From the NCBI RefSeq assembly GCF_032191835.1, contig NC_083223.1, positions 20,212,001 to 20,276,000 of the forward strand: DNA of 64,000 nt, in the 5' to 3' direction. The notes beneath the pieces are model-generated. The model searched no databases and had not been told where the DNA came from. It saw only the letters and a program-made list of their open reading frames with translations. Positions within the stretch are counted from its first letter, which is position 1. Each line of letters begins with the position of its first letter. Positions 33,573 to 46,232 of this stretch are shown here, piece by piece. This stretch comes from Heteronotia binoei (taxonomy: Eukaryota). Made by a program: the position numbers and the translations under genes.

Positions 33573-33614
33573 AATTCCTGGAGGGCCTGGAGGACCAGGT
33601 ATACCCTTATCTCC
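33573..33614 (-). CDS. COL4A1: Collagen IV exon (E18-eq, 42 nt) [14 protein letters not shown]
   Basis: tttcag acceptor, gtaagt donor. Confidence 0.92.
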
Positions 33615-35023
33615 CTGAAAGAAAGAAACAGCGTGCATTCATAAAAAGGTTAAAGGAAACTATTTTCACACAACCCAAGGTAAAACAAAAATCCAATGGC
33701 ACCTTAACGGCTAATAACATTTATTTCAACATGAGCTTTTGTGAGTCACAGAACACTTCCGACACATGAAGGAAAAATCATGCCGGGAAGTTATCTTATA
33801 ATGAAATGTTGTTAGCCGCCCTGAGCCTGCCGAGGTGGGGAGGGCGGGATACAAATAAAATTTATTATTATTATTATTATTATGAAAACTGTGTGAGGGG
33901 AGTTGAGGCACAGAGGTTTGGTGTGAATCCCCTTATGAACCTTTCAAATGTAAATTCAGGAATATATAAGGGAAATGTTGAATTAGGAAGGTTAGGTGTG
34001 AATTCCATCAGAAGTCAACAGAATTAGCAACTACACATACTGGATAACAACAGAGGTCAGACGTTTGACTAGATAAGCAAATAAATGTAGATTATCTGAT
34101 ATTGGTACAAAGTTATAAACAGAATTTCTAAAAAAGCGAAATCCGATAGAGTTTGTAGTGAGCATGGAAACCCAAGTGTTTGTTTAAGCCATTATGCACT
34201 GTGGCCAAGTAACACAGAGGAAAGCCATGCACAGCCACATAGCATCAATGCTTACTAGCTCCCACCCCCCACTCCTGGATTATTTAGCACTCCTGGAAGC
34301 CTCCACAAGGTGCTCTTTGACTATGCTCAGGACAGCATCCAATGAACATTCCACCCACTCACTTTCCCTGTGTTATTATAGTACAGTATAGGACAGAAAT
34401 AAGTGAAATTCTGCAACTAATGTTGTTGCCCTCAAAGATAATCAAGTACTTCCCCTTAAGAACATGGAATATAAGTCAAAGCTGAAATTCTGTGCTCAAC
34501 TGCAAGTAGGGTTGCCAAGTCCCCCGCAGTCCTTGTACCATAGAGTTTTCCTTCCCAAATTGCTAGAGCGTCTGGGAAAACCATAGAGTTTTCCTGGAAA
34601 GGCCTAGAGCGGGCGGTGAGCAATGTTGCCAGCATAATGATGTCACTTGCAGGTGACATCATCGTGCCGGTGACATTGGGGGAGGTTTCCCACACTGGCC
34701 AAATGTGGGCTGGCGGGTTGGGAACCTCCCGGGCAGGAGAACCCCTGCTCAGACTGCAAGAGACATAACAAAAGCGAGACCTTTAAACCTGCAGTGCGTG
34801 CAGTCAAACTGTAATGGTGCTATTGGTCCACTGGGCAAATTGAACGCATGCAAAGGCTATCTAAAGGGTATTTCTGCATCATTTAAAGTGTCATGCTTAA
34901 ATGCTTACGCTCTTTTTCAGATCTCTGTGTGTTTTCAAATTTCTGCAATCCAAACTTTGTTGCCCTGTTTTATTAGATGCCCATGTGGTTGACAGTATTT
35001 CTCTTCAAAATGTATCTACTCAC

Positions 35024-35077
35024 CTTAGGGCCATCAGCACCAGGCAATCCTGGAAATCCTGGTGGACCATTTGGTCC
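35024..35077 (-). CDS. COL4A1: Collagen IV exon (E17-eq, 54 nt) [18 protein letters not shown]
   Basis: ctgtag acceptor, gtgagt donor. Confidence 0.92.
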
Positions 35078-36791
35078 CTACAGGGAAAGTAGGAAAAAAA
35101 TACCAACAAAAGCACAGTATCAATGACAGTTCCTGTGAAGAAATGTCTTCCTTGTTGGAACTTTCTTTTAAAAAGGGGCTGGGGTTTTTTTCTGTGGGAG
35201 GGACTCAGCTCACAGCTCACTTACAGCAGACTGCTCTCTCTGCATCTGCAACTCCCCTTCTTAACCACAGAGGAGTTATTTGCTAGAGAGGCATGATCTA
35301 AATAGGAAGTTCCAAACATACTTTGGGGCTTTTCTTCCTAGAGTGCTCTAGGGAAATGGTACCCAGTTCTTGGGCAGGAAAAAGAATTTGGAGATATTCC
35401 CTGCGAAGGGAGAAAGAGGAGGGACTGGGAGTATGCTAGGCCCTCAAGGAGAGCAGACCTCTGGCTGCACTGCACGGTGGCCATTTTGAGAGACCGGGCA
35501 GCCTGTTGAGAAGCTGCAGATCTCTCTGGCGATGTAAAGGGCTACAGACCAAATTTGCAACTTTCTAACATTATGCCTGCTCTGCTCAAAACTAGCTAGA
35601 GTATGTGTGAAAGGAAGACCGCATTTATTGTTAAGTTTCTTTTATTTCTGTTTTGATGATCTGGTGCTGGGTTAAGGGTATATACGCAGACTTTATCTTT
35701 TCAATACATATTATTACCTTTTGATTCTGGCAGTGTTCTCCAGTCACTTGGACACGCTATTGATTTGCCAGAAGGGTCCCCAGAGTGGGAGGGAAGTGGT
35801 CAAGGAACCTGTTGTCAGCCTTCCAGGGGAGCCCCAAGGAAGGAAGTCGGTCCCTGCATTGACCAGGTGCTGGCTAATAGGAAACCAGAGGAAGAGCCTC
35901 GGGTGGGAAGGGGGTTAGGAGTCTGTCCCTCCCAGCAGGAAGACCCCAAAGGGGCAGTGACGGTGGTGATACCCTAAGTGGCAGGAAGTGGAATGGCTCC
36001 CTCCAGGAGTTGGCAACCCAATGGAGGGCGTGGGCAGAACTGCAAGGAAAAGCAGGCAGGTTCTGCCTCAGTTCTCTATGACTGAACTAAGATAAATGCT
36101 ACTCTTGTAGCAACAAATGCAGAGTACAAATACGTCTTATGCAGGGAATTCAACTAAGCCTGAACCCTGCCCCCCCACTGAAAGGGTGGGTTGACGGGGC
36201 ACTCTTAGTAAACACTGCAACTCTAAGAGTTTCTGGCATTAACCGAAGCCTGCAGGACTGGTGATCAAACTTTGCCCATCAATCACCTCCCATTGCCTGC
36301 CTAGGTCTGCAAGCCCTGGAGACAAGCCCCAGGGGGTACCAGAAGATGAGAGTCAGGCGCTGGGCAGGCCACAATGCATCTACATGACATATGTCTAAAG
36401 AACTTCAGACTAGCAATGAATGCCATCAGAAATTAAAGGACATTAGCACTAAATTGTTTTAATTGTAAAACTGATCATTTTAAATATTTAAGTAATGTTT
36501 GACTGAATTGTTTTCTGTGATTTTATTGCTTGTGAGCTGCCCTAAGCCGGTTTCGGCGGGGAGTGTGGAATATAAATCTAATAAACAAACAAATGAATAC
36601 ATAAATAGTGTTTGGCTCATTTGACAATGTGGGCATCCATGCCCGAACCACCATGGCAAGCTGAAAACAACTAAGGAGAATTAATCGGAACTGGAATGAA
36701 CCCAACTTCATTTTGAAGGCGTTACTAGAAAGAAGACTGTGAAGAAGTATGTAGAAGCAAGACAACATGGAAGACAAAATGAAATACGTAC

Positions 36792-36836
36792 AGTTCTTCC
36801 CTTTTCTCCATCTTCTCCATCTTTTCCAGGTCGTCC
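36792..36836 (-). CDS. COL4A1: Collagen IV exon (E16-eq, 45 nt) GRPGKDGEDGEKGRT
   Basis: ttacag acceptor, gtacgt donor. Confidence 0.92.
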
Positions 36837-37469
36837 CTGTAATGTGAGAAGTTTAGTTTTATTTGATTTTTTAAAAAAGAATATGTGATATGAAATGTTA
36901 AGATTACACAATTAATTCTTATTATAATCCATGAGTCCATCTGAGTCTGTGTCTCTATGGGTGGTTTCACACTGTGAAATTGATGTGATTCCATCCCATT
37001 GGGAAAAAACCTGCTTGAGTTTGATCCGTTTCTGGGCTACCAGACAGCTGCCATTTAAGCAGCAGGATCTCAGCTCCCGTCTGTGGTTGCCCATTCACAC
37101 TGCTAGCACACCTCAACCATGGACCCGTGTGGAAAGTTTTTTGTTTTTTTTTAAAGTACCCCAGTGTATGAGCTCAAACAGAGAAGCGCACAAACGCACC
37201 TTGGAGAGGAGTTAGGGGGAAAAAAACCTCCGACCTTGCCAGAAACAGCTTGGTGCAATCACACAGCTCTTCCACGTATGAATCATACCTGGGCATTCAG
37301 ACAGTAGCCAATTATTGAACCTAGATGCGATTCAGGGGGAAACTACCAGGAAAATCCAGGTGGTTTTTTAATTTGGATAGGAGACGTCTGGAGACGAGGA
37401 GAACAGGTGTGGTTCAGAGGGCAGGTGTGCTCGTGTGATTGTGAGCTTTTAATCCGAATGTGTGGCAGA

Positions 37470-37710
37470 GCTAGGTTGGGCCAAATCTTTTGTGTGAAAC
37501 CACCCTATGTGTTTTATCTTTGTTTGTGTCTCTATTTGTGTATCTGCAACCGTCTCTGTGTCATTATCTCTATCTCTATATCAATTCCTGCTAGGTTGGG
37601 CCAAATCTTTTGTGTGAAACCACCCTATGTGTTTTATCTTTGTTTGTGTCTCTATTTGTGTATCTGTAACCGTCTCTGTGTCATTATCTCTATCTCTATA
37701 TCAATTTCTG
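37470..37710. repeat. 120-bp tandem duplication (2 copies, 2 mismatches)
   Basis: GCTAGGTTGGGCCAAATC starts at 37470 and 37590. Confidence 0.95.
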
Positions 37711-37866
37711 TCTCTTTCAAAACTGGACTTTTCTCCAGAATTTCCTCATTTCTGAATCACTTCCTAAAACATGCTATTATTAAGGTCTAGCATTGGTAGA
37801 ATTTGAATAAGAGAATGCTTTTATGCCGTCAGAAATTGTGGTCTGTGATGAGATTTTGTATATTGT

Positions 37867-38036
37867 CAGGGGTGGAATTCTAGCAGGAGCTCCTTTGCAT
37901 ATTAGGTCACACCTCCTGATGTAGCCAATCCTCCAAGAGCTTACAAAAAAGAGCCTTGTAAGCTCTTGAAGGATTGGCTACATCAGGGGTGTGTGGCCTA
38001 ATATGCAAAGGAGCTCCTGCTAGAATTCCATCCCTG
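37867..38036. mobile_element. Palindromic hAT MITE
   Basis: Perfect TSD TATATTGT. Confidence 0.9.
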
Positions 38037-38305
38037 TATATTGTTATTGCTGGTCAATTGACCATAATAAAACTGGTGTTTTTTTTTTTTAAAAAAAACC
38101 TGGTTCTATGCCATAAATGCCCTCATGCTCTCCAAGAGGGGTTTTGAGGGGGGGGGGTTGTTTTTTTGCAATGGTAATGCATTATTTCCATAAAGAGAAA
38201 AAACTATTAATGGAAGTACACACATTTAAATTCAATGGGACTAGTCATCATGACAATCCTTGATTAGGAAAAGCAAAAAGATGAATAAATGCCAAATGTA
38301 CGTAC

Positions 38306-38365
38306 CCGTGGACCAACTTTCCCAGGTTCACCTTTCTCTCCTTTAATGCTTAAGCCCGGCGATCC
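38306..38365 (-). CDS. COL4A1: Collagen IV exon (E15-eq, 60 nt) GSPGLSIKGEKGEPGKVGPR
   Basis: ttaaag acceptor, gtacgt donor. Confidence 0.9.
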
Positions 38366-38459
38366 CTTTAAAAAAATCAATATTGATGTTATCCAGCTTT
38401 CCTTGCTCATTTCTATATTAGTTTTTAAATGCTGAAAATTAACCCCCCAGGATATGTTT

Positions 38460-38734
38460 AGAAGAAGAAGATGATATTGGATTTATATCCCGCCCTCCAC
38501 TCCGAAGAGTCTCAGAGCGGCTCACAATCTCCTTTACCTTCCTCCCCCACAACAGACACCCTGTGAGGTGGGTGGGGCTGAGAGGGCTCTCACAGCAGCT
38601 GCCCTTTCAAGGACAACCTCTGTCAGAGCTATGGCTGACCCAAGGCCATTCCAGCAGGTGCAAGTGGAGGAGTGGGGAATCAAACCCAGTTCTCCCAGAT
38701 AAGAGTCCGCACACTTCACCACTACACCAAACTG
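38460..38734 (-). mobile_element. SINE family A (fills most of the E14-E15 intron)
   Basis: Full head-to-tail copy. Confidence 0.88.
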
Positions 38735-38788
38735 TCTCTCCTGGTTTATTGCCATATTGCCGAAGAAGCAACCAGCAGTGTTACTCAC

Positions 38789-38824
38789 CGGAAAGCCGGG
38801 ATCTCCCTTTTCCCCTGGATCACC
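38789..38824 (-). CDS. COL4A1: Collagen IV exon (E14-eq, 36 nt) GDPGEKGDPGFP
   Basis: taacag acceptor, gtgagt donor. Confidence 0.9.
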
Positions 38825-39332
38825 CTGTTAGAATCAGAAGATAAAGCAGATGAGTAAACCACAGTGTTGGAGGACTGCACTGCTCTTCCTGTGGTCCCTC
38901 CAACCTACACCTGCTTATCACAATGTACGGTAATCAGGCCATCTACTGGGAACAGCGACAAAGCTTCTGATAAGTTAGTGGGGAGATTTTCTTAGGCTGT
39001 CAATTTTCTATGAGATTGGGGAAAGAAAGAAGCAGAGAAAAGACAAGGCAGAGAATTCTTCTTTAAACAGTAGATGTTCCTTTGCCTTCTGAGCTATACC
39101 TCACCGAGGAAATTATTAACATGGGAAAGCATTCTGGATCTTTTTGGCTTTGCCCAGTTCCCTGAAGCAAGCATACTTGTTAATACACAGTCTCTAATTC
39201 TCTATTCCTATCTGCTGTTCCAAATCCCTTTCTCGCATGGCCTGTCATCAGTAGTTTTCTCTTCCTTGCATCTAGTCTGTTCCTCTTGCTTTCTCTACTT
39301 TCATGTCCTAACCTCCCCTCCCTCTTTGCCTG

Positions 39333-39402
39333 CCTTCCTTCCTTCCTTCCTTCCTTCCTTCCTTCCTTCCTTCCTTCCTTCCTTCCTTCCTTCCTTCCTT
39401 CC
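39333..39402. repeat. (TTCC)n microsatellite
   Basis: Direct reading. Confidence 0.95.
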
Positions 39403-39786
39403 TCCCTTCCTCTGTTCTACAGGTCTTGAGTAGTATGAATCAATGAGTCAAGCTAGGAATAGCAGGAAGAAAGTGATGGGGGACCCCTGAATAATTAATG
39501 AATACCCCTATAATAATGAATGAAAGCATGTGTCTGCCTTCAAAACGAGGCCGTCTGATGCAATGTTTGTTAGAAGCACAGACAGCCTTCAGTGGGTGTG
39601 TGTTCACAGATGTGTATTAGGATAAGACAAAGGGCCTCATTGAGAAGCTTCTTGCTGGAGCTGATAAAGTAAGGAGACAGGAGGAATGGAAAAGTACTAG
39701 AAGGAATTGCAAGGGGGTGGGGAATGTTGAATCAGATAAACTTGTGAGCCTGCCTGCTAAGCTTGCTTTGTGCTTAAAAAGACAGT

Positions 39787-39924
39787 CTGAGGATCGGGAG
39801 GGGGGGGGGGGGGTTCAGTATTTTGGAGCTATGCTGCTCAACTGGATCCTGCTTTTGGTACCAGAAGTGAAAAAACTTCACTGCATACCAGTAATGTGTG
39901 CAGCTCCATTATTTTCCTGCTACA
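39787..39924 (+). repeat. ERV 5' LTR, R/U5 part (U3 probably about 39460-39786, TTAAAA near 39774)
   Basis: Direct repeat of 45508-45640; ends ...CTGCTACA just before the PBS. Confidence 0.8.
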
Positions 39925-39930
39925 TTAACC

Positions 39931-39949
39931 TGGTGCAATTGGCCGGGAA
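39931..39949 (+). promoter_or_regulatory. Primer-binding site, tRNA-Gly type
   Basis: TGGTGCAATTGGCCGGGAA vs the expected tRNA-Gly complement TGGTGCATTGGCCGGGAA (1-nt insertion). Confidence 0.8.
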
Positions 39950-40391
39950 ATGATGGGGTAGGATTTTTCCTTCCCCTTGGGCTGGCTGCATAACTGTTTG
40001 CCTTCCACCCTCATTGCAGGAAGAACAGAATAGGTCACATTTTTGATCGAGCACAGCTCTCTTCGCCCCAGTGGGGGAAGGTGCCCGGCCAGCCAACCAA
40101 GATCCCGTGCCTGGTTGAACCGATGTGTGCAGGGAATCGGAAGATCTTCAGGATTATGAGTATGAACTGTTTGGGAATCTGGATTACATCTCCTTAGGAG
40201 AGAAGAAGGGCCCGATCACCCCTTAAGTACTGCTCAGTAGGCTCCGTTCTGGCACTGAAGCACAAAGGCTAGGATCTGGGAGGATTTCTGTGGGGTGTGT
40301 GTGTATGAATGAGAGGAGGTGCAACGTCTAAGCGATTTTTGTACCCACCGGTACCAAGGTTCTCAGTCACACGAGTGTGTCTGAGCCGGGG

Positions 40392-40836
40392 TGTCAAGCC
40401 TGTATAAAACTCTGGTCAAGTCTGTACCTAACATTGGCTCAGGAGAGAAGCATCCTGGGTAAAGCCAAACTGTATTCCATTGCTGCTAGCTCGAGCTCTC
40501 CCTACCCCCCTCCTTTTCTTTGTTATGTAGTATTGCTTTGAAATGGGAATATGTGAACGTTTTATCTGAGCCTTCTCAGGCCTGGCACCGAGGGAGGTTG
40601 GAGCCAGAGACGCTCAAGGCCAAAGCGGGCCTCAGGACGAAGTGGTAACATCAATGTGTGAATGTGCCCTGCATAGTGCCCCTCCCTAAAGAATCCCTTT
40701 GAAGTATACCTTATATGATTGCATTCTACTGTATGATCTTTAGTCTTTCAATATCAACTTAGTCGTGAACAACAGTATCAATAAACTAGTTAGTTTGTTT
40801 CAACAACGACTTGTTATTGAATCTGCCGACTTGACA
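40392..40836 (+). mobile_element. Solo LTR (445 bp) nested in the ERV leader
   Basis: TGTCAAG...CTTGACA terminal inverted ends, AATAAA at 40780, perfect 5-bp TSD CGGGG. Confidence 0.88.
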
Positions 40837-40952
40837 CGGGGAAGTGGGGAAGCGATTGGTTAAGGCTTCCTTTTTGTCAGAATCCCACTGGCAGCTCACC
40901 CTCCCTACCCTCTGTGTGTTTCAAAGTGTGCCTTGTCTAAACGTCTGGTGCC

Positions 40953-42915
40953 ATGGGTGGAATTCAGTCAAAAACTTCGCTAGAATATATGTGTAAGAAT
41001 TTTAAGGAACATTTCTGTGATGATTACGGAGTCAAACTGACTCCTGAAACTCTGAAAGCGTTATGTCAGAAAGACTGGGTGGCCTTACATGTAGAATGGC
41101 CGCCTGAGGGTAGCTTTGACCAAGGCTTGGTTCACCGAGTTTATAAAAGCATGTTACAGACCCCGACTTGTGAAAGTCAGTTTCCCTACAGTGATAGTTG
41201 GGCAGCTACGGTGCAGAAGTCCTACTGGTGGCCAAAGAAATTACAGAGCAAGAAGAAAAAGTGGGCTCAGAGGGCCGCTGATGAAGCTGCAAGTCAAGTT
41301 ATGGCTTTGCGCCAGGTTGTGTTAGTAAAAACAACGATCCCTCCAAAGAAGGGAAAGCCTCCAGTGTTAGATGCCGATCCGGAAGACCCTTTGGCTAGTC
41401 CCCCGCCATATGTTCCAGTATACCTTCTTCTCCCGATGCAGCCAGCTGAAGAAGGTCCTGAGGCAGCAGAAGGAGATACTGATGGCAAGGATCAAGCGCA
41501 GGTAGCTAAGGGCGCTTTAAAATCCTTTGATGAAGCGAGCCAGGAAATAGAGATGAATGAGGGAGCTAGAGCTGGAAAAAGGCGAGCGACACCCCTGCGA
41601 ACTCTAAATTCGGTTCAGCAGTTGTTTTCAGAGCAACTGTTTTTTGCAACAGCTCCTCATTACTCCACACCTGTGTTTAATAGTCAGAGGTTGGCTGCAA
41701 GTTTTAATTCACCCCCTGAGCCTCCCCTGCATACAGAACTCTCAACAAGTACTGAGAAAACTTCCAGTTCTTCTACGGCTTCACCCCCAACTTTTCCAGG
41801 TTTTACATCCAGCACAGTGGGCTCACTGCTAGCTCCTCTGATATGGGGAAGCCCATATCAACAGAGACCCGATACATGTATATGTCTTTCACTTCAAGTG
41901 AACTAATAAACTGGAAAACCCATACTGTTGCATTTTCTGACAATCCTGCCCCAATGACAAATCTGCTAACCAGTATTATGGCTACACATCAGCCTACCTA
42001 TGCAGACTGTCAGCAGCTTTTACTGCCCCTCTTCACAACTGAGGAGAGAAGCCGTATCCTGCCTCATGCTCAAAAACATGTAGAAGGAAAAGTTCCTCAG
42101 GGAACTGCAGATAGAGAGGAGTGGATAAAGGCCCGTTTTCCTGCAACAGATCCAAATTGGGACCCCAATTCTCAGATTTCCAAAGAGCATCTACCAGAAT
42201 ATAGGCAGGCAATCTTAGAAGGGATGAAAAAAGTAGGCAAGAAGCCCATTAATATAACTAAAGTCAGCGAAGTACTCCAGAAAATAGATGAAAGCTCTGG
42301 AACTTTTGCTGAGCTCATGATGCAGGCATTTCAAATGTACACTCCATTCGATCCTGAGGCTGCAGAGAACTTGCGCATGGTAAATACAACTTTTGTTGCT
42401 CAATCCTATGCTGACATTCGCAAAAAGCTTCAGAAGCAAGATGGCTTTGCTGGCATGAATTTATCCCAACTGTTAGAGATTGCCCAGAAAGTTTATGCCA
42501 ATCGGGATGTAGACCAGAAGCGGGAGGCAGAAAGAAAGATGAAAAAGAAGGCTGATTTGTTGGCAGCAGCTTTGGCTGGGCAGCCACCTATAAGAGGCAG
42601 AGGGGCTGCTCGAGGGCAAGGAATGAATGGCAGAAATCAAAGAATGGAGATGACCAATGTAGATCCAAACCAGTGTGCGTTTTGTAAGGATTTTAGGCAC
42701 TGGAAAGATTCATGCCTGAATCGACCCTCCCCCCTCCGCACTCAAGAAATTCAAAACGCTCCTAGACAGATGACAGGACTGAGTGTAAAGGCCGAGGCAG
42801 CAGAGGAGCCAGAGCGAGGGGAAGAGGAAGAGGACAAGTCCAGAATGGCAGATATTGGAGGAATGAAGAAGAGCCTTTCCAGGGCTTGGTTGGGCTGGAA
42901 AGATGGGATGACTAG
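40953..42915 (+). pseudogene. gag: ERV gag, frameshifted
   Basis: MGG start, WPPEGSFD matrix motif, PPPY late domain, capsid LINWKTH...FSDNP, knuckle CAFCKDFRHWKDSC, amber TAG at 42913. Confidence 0.9.
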
Positions 42916-45440
42916 GACAGACCGGGCACCGACAGTCCTGACCCTGCGGAGCCTATGGTCACAGTTGATGTGGAGGGTCTGGAGATCGCATTCCTTGTGG
43001 ATACTGGGGCTGCACGATCTGTTGTGCCCGATAAGATTGCTCCTTCAATTTGCAAGTGTATTAATATAATTGGAGCTACAGGGCGTAGACAATTCAGACC
43101 ATTTCTAGCCAAACAAATTTGTACAGTAGGAGGCCATATGGTCCGTCACAATTTTTTCCATTTGCCTGATTGCCCAGTGCCGCTGATGGGAAGAGATTTG
43201 CTTTCCAAGTTAAGACCCCAATTGACTTTTGAATCAGAACGTCAAATGAACTTTGAACTGCCTTATATAACCTCAGAAGGCAAATTACATTATGAAGGTG
43301 CATATGTTTTAGAATGCCCCCGAGGAGTGGAGGCTTTACCAATCAGCTCCTGTAATGGCCGTCAGAAGTCTGGGTTCAACAATTTCCAGATGTATGGGCA
43401 GAAGAGAACCCGCCTGGGCTAGCAGTAAACCATACGCCTATTAAGGTAGAATTAATCCCAGAGGCCGTTCCAGTCCGAGAACTCCAGTACCCGATCCCTA
43501 AGAAGGCAGTAGCTGGCATCCAGAAACACCTTGAGAGGCTTCTTGAATATGGAATTCGTGTAGAATGTCAGTCTCCACGGAACAGTCCCCTTTTGCCAGT
43601 CCAGAAGCCAGGCAGCGATGATTACAGACCAGTACAAGATTTACGATCTATTAATTCTTGCACACAGACTTTGCATCCTGTCGTTCCAAACCCATATGTC
43701 TTACTGGGACTTATACCTGCCTCAGCCACTTACTTCTCAGTGGTAGATCTCAAGGATGCGTTCTTTTGGTAAGACTGGCACCTGAAAGTCAGTCACTGTT
43801 TGCCTTCCAGTGGGAAAAAAAAGAGACTGGTAGAAAGCTAAAATATACATGGACCCGTTTACCCCAGGGGTTCGAAAATTCGCCCACCCTTGTTGGCAAT
43901 GCCCTCAGTAAGGACTTGAGACGGTTCCCAACTGGGCCAGGAGAAGCTGTGTGTCTTCAATACGTTGATGATATTCAGATGGGGTCAAAGACTTACAGAC
44001 TGGCCAAGGTGCCACTGCTGCCCTTCTAACACTTCTGACTGAGGCTGGGTATAAAGTGTCTCGGAAGAAAGCTCAGCTATGCCAAGAGACAGTGAAATTT
44101 TTAGGCTTCCATATATCCCAGGGCAGATGGCAGCTAGGCAGGGAGTGAAAAGAGTCTGTGTGTGCCATTCCTGTGCCCACTACCAGGCGCCAGCTGAGAG
44201 AATTCTTAGGAGCAGCAGGGTTCTGCGGAATTTGGTTCCCCAATTTTGCCATAACAGCTAAGCCCTCATATGAAGCCACTAAGGGGGGAGAAAAGCACCT
44301 TTTAAATGGACAGAGCAATGTCAAAATGCCTTTGAAGCCTTAAAACGCCAGCTCATGCAGGCCCCAGCTCTGGGACTACCTGATACTGACAAGCTCTGAA
44401 CCCAGCCTCTTTGTTGCCAATTCCTGATGATGCGCTGGAGCACGATTGCTTAGAAGTTATGGAAGAAATATTCTCCAGCTGGCCAGATCTGAAAAATGCC
44501 CCATTTTCAGATCCTGATATTGAATATTATACCGATGAGAGTAGCTTTATCCAGGATGGGAAGCGCAGAGCAGGATATGCAGCAGTCACTCTAGAAACAG
44601 TGACAGAAGCAGAACCGCTGCCTGTTTCAACCTCTGCACAGAAAGCTGAGTTAATTGCCCTCCTCAGAGCACTCCGGTTAGCAGAGGGACTTAAAGTAAA
44701 TAGTTACACAGACTCTAAATATGCTTTCATGATGCTGCATGCCCATGGAGCCCTATACAAAGAGAGAGGCTTAATTACTGCGAGTGGCAAAGGAATTAAA
44801 AATGGTAAAGAGATTTTGGAGATGTTAAAAGCTGTCTGGGCACCCCGGCACATAGCTGTCATCCATTGCCAGGGCCATCAGAAGCCCCTTAGTCTGGTAG
44901 CAAGAGGAAATTGGAAGGCAGATTTAACAGCTAAGGGGACAGCACTAAAGCCTTATCAGGGAAGCACAGAAATTCTGCCTGTTTTTCAAGTGTCCTTAAC
45001 CAAATGGAGTTCTCGGTATTCACTAGCTGAGGAGCAGTGGTTTCAAACTAAAGGGGCAGTAACCAAATGAAGGGATGGCTGGTATGTTCTCCCTGATGGC
45101 AGAATTTATATTCCAGAAGCTGTCGCATGTACATTAATTCAGAATCTGCAGGAGGGAACACATTATGGAAAGACTGCGCTAGAACACTCTGTGAGTCAGT
45201 GGCCATATATTAATCCTGTGAGTTCACCGAAAGCCCAAGCCTCTGCACAATGTGTTACATATGCAAAGAATAATCCAAGGTTGGGTCCCACTCAACTCCC
45301 AGGGAGTCAGCCAGTGGGAGCAACACCTTTCTCCTCCCTAGTTATGGATTTCACTGAGATGCCCAAAGCTGGACATTACCGTTACATGCTTGTATTTGTT
45401 TGTATGATGTCTGGATGGATTGAAGCTTACCCCACACACA
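42916..45440 (+). pseudogene. pol: ERV pro-pol (protease, RT, RNase H, truncated integrase), disrupted
   Basis: FLVDTGA; LPQGFENSP; YVDD; YYTDESS / SAQKAELIAL / YTDSKYAF; MDFTEMP...WIEAYP, then truncation. Confidence 0.92.
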
Positions 45441-45507
45441 CAGCCGAAGCTCTGAGGCAGCAGCCTTGCTCCAGCTACACCCGGAAGCTGGCTGGTCTAC
45501 ACACGGC

Positions 45508-45640
45508 CTGAGGATCGGGGGGGGGGGAGGTTCAATATTTTGGAGCTATGCTGCTCAACTGGATCCTGCTTTTGGTACCAGAAGTAAAAAACCTCGCTTC
45601 ATACCAATAACGTGTGCGGTTCCGTTATTTTCCTGCTATA
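45508..45640 (+). repeat. ERV 3' LTR remnant (R/U5 only)
   Basis: Direct repeat of 39787-39924 with about 10 substitutions; AGTAAA poly(A)-like signal. Confidence 0.8.
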
Positions 45641-46063
45641 AAAGGAAGAGTGCAAGCCAGAGAGGGCCTCTCCCCCATCAGTAGTTCAATACCAGATCTC
45701 TTGCCTTTACATCTTTACTGTGCAATTTTCAGGATGCAGCTATAAGATCTAAAGGTTAAACTCAATCTTTAACATAAATGTGTGGAACCCTTCCCACCTC
45801 TCCTCCACCCCACAAAACGAGGGACAATGGAGATGGGCAAGCAAAGCAGAAGAATTCAGTTCCTCTCATTTATGTGCTCTTTTTGATGTTAAGATGAGAT
45901 GTGCATAACCACACCCAGTTTGTCAGTGGAGGGAGTATTGCTAGAGGAAATTGGGCTACTAGAGGTTGGAGGACCTGCTTCTTACTGCACATGTGCCAGT
46001 ATTTTGCACATGTGCAGGAAAAAATGTTCACATAGGCAAAATGGGTGAGATGGATTGTGTGAG

Positions 46064-46232
46064 CAGGGGTGGAATTCTAGCAGGAGCTCTTTTGCATGTT
46101 AGGCCACACACCCCTGTGTAGCCAATCCTCCAAGAGGGTACCAAAAAAAGCCTTGTAAGCTCTTGGAGGATTGGCTACATCAGGGGTGTGTGGCCTAATA
46201 TGCAAAGGAGCTCCTGCCAGAATTCCACCCCG
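46064..46232. mobile_element. Palindromic hAT MITE
   Basis: TSD TGTGTGAG/GGTGTGAG. Confidence 0.86.

Larger units (their letters stand above)
39460..45640 (+). mobile_element. Defective class I (gamma-like) endogenous retrovirus, env-less, antisense to the host, in the intron between E13 and E14; 5' boundary approximate
   Basis: R/U5 direct repeats 39787-39924 and 45508-45640, PBS, gag-pro-pol with frameshifts and stops. Confidence 0.9.

Noticed and set aside
35280-36000. LTR-like composition
   Set aside because: No TG...CA pair with a TSD found.
39420-39470. Exact 5' start and TSD of the ERV
   Set aside because: TAGCAGGA at 39460 mirrors the LTR end, but the terminal TG and a TSD are not preserved; boundary left approximate.
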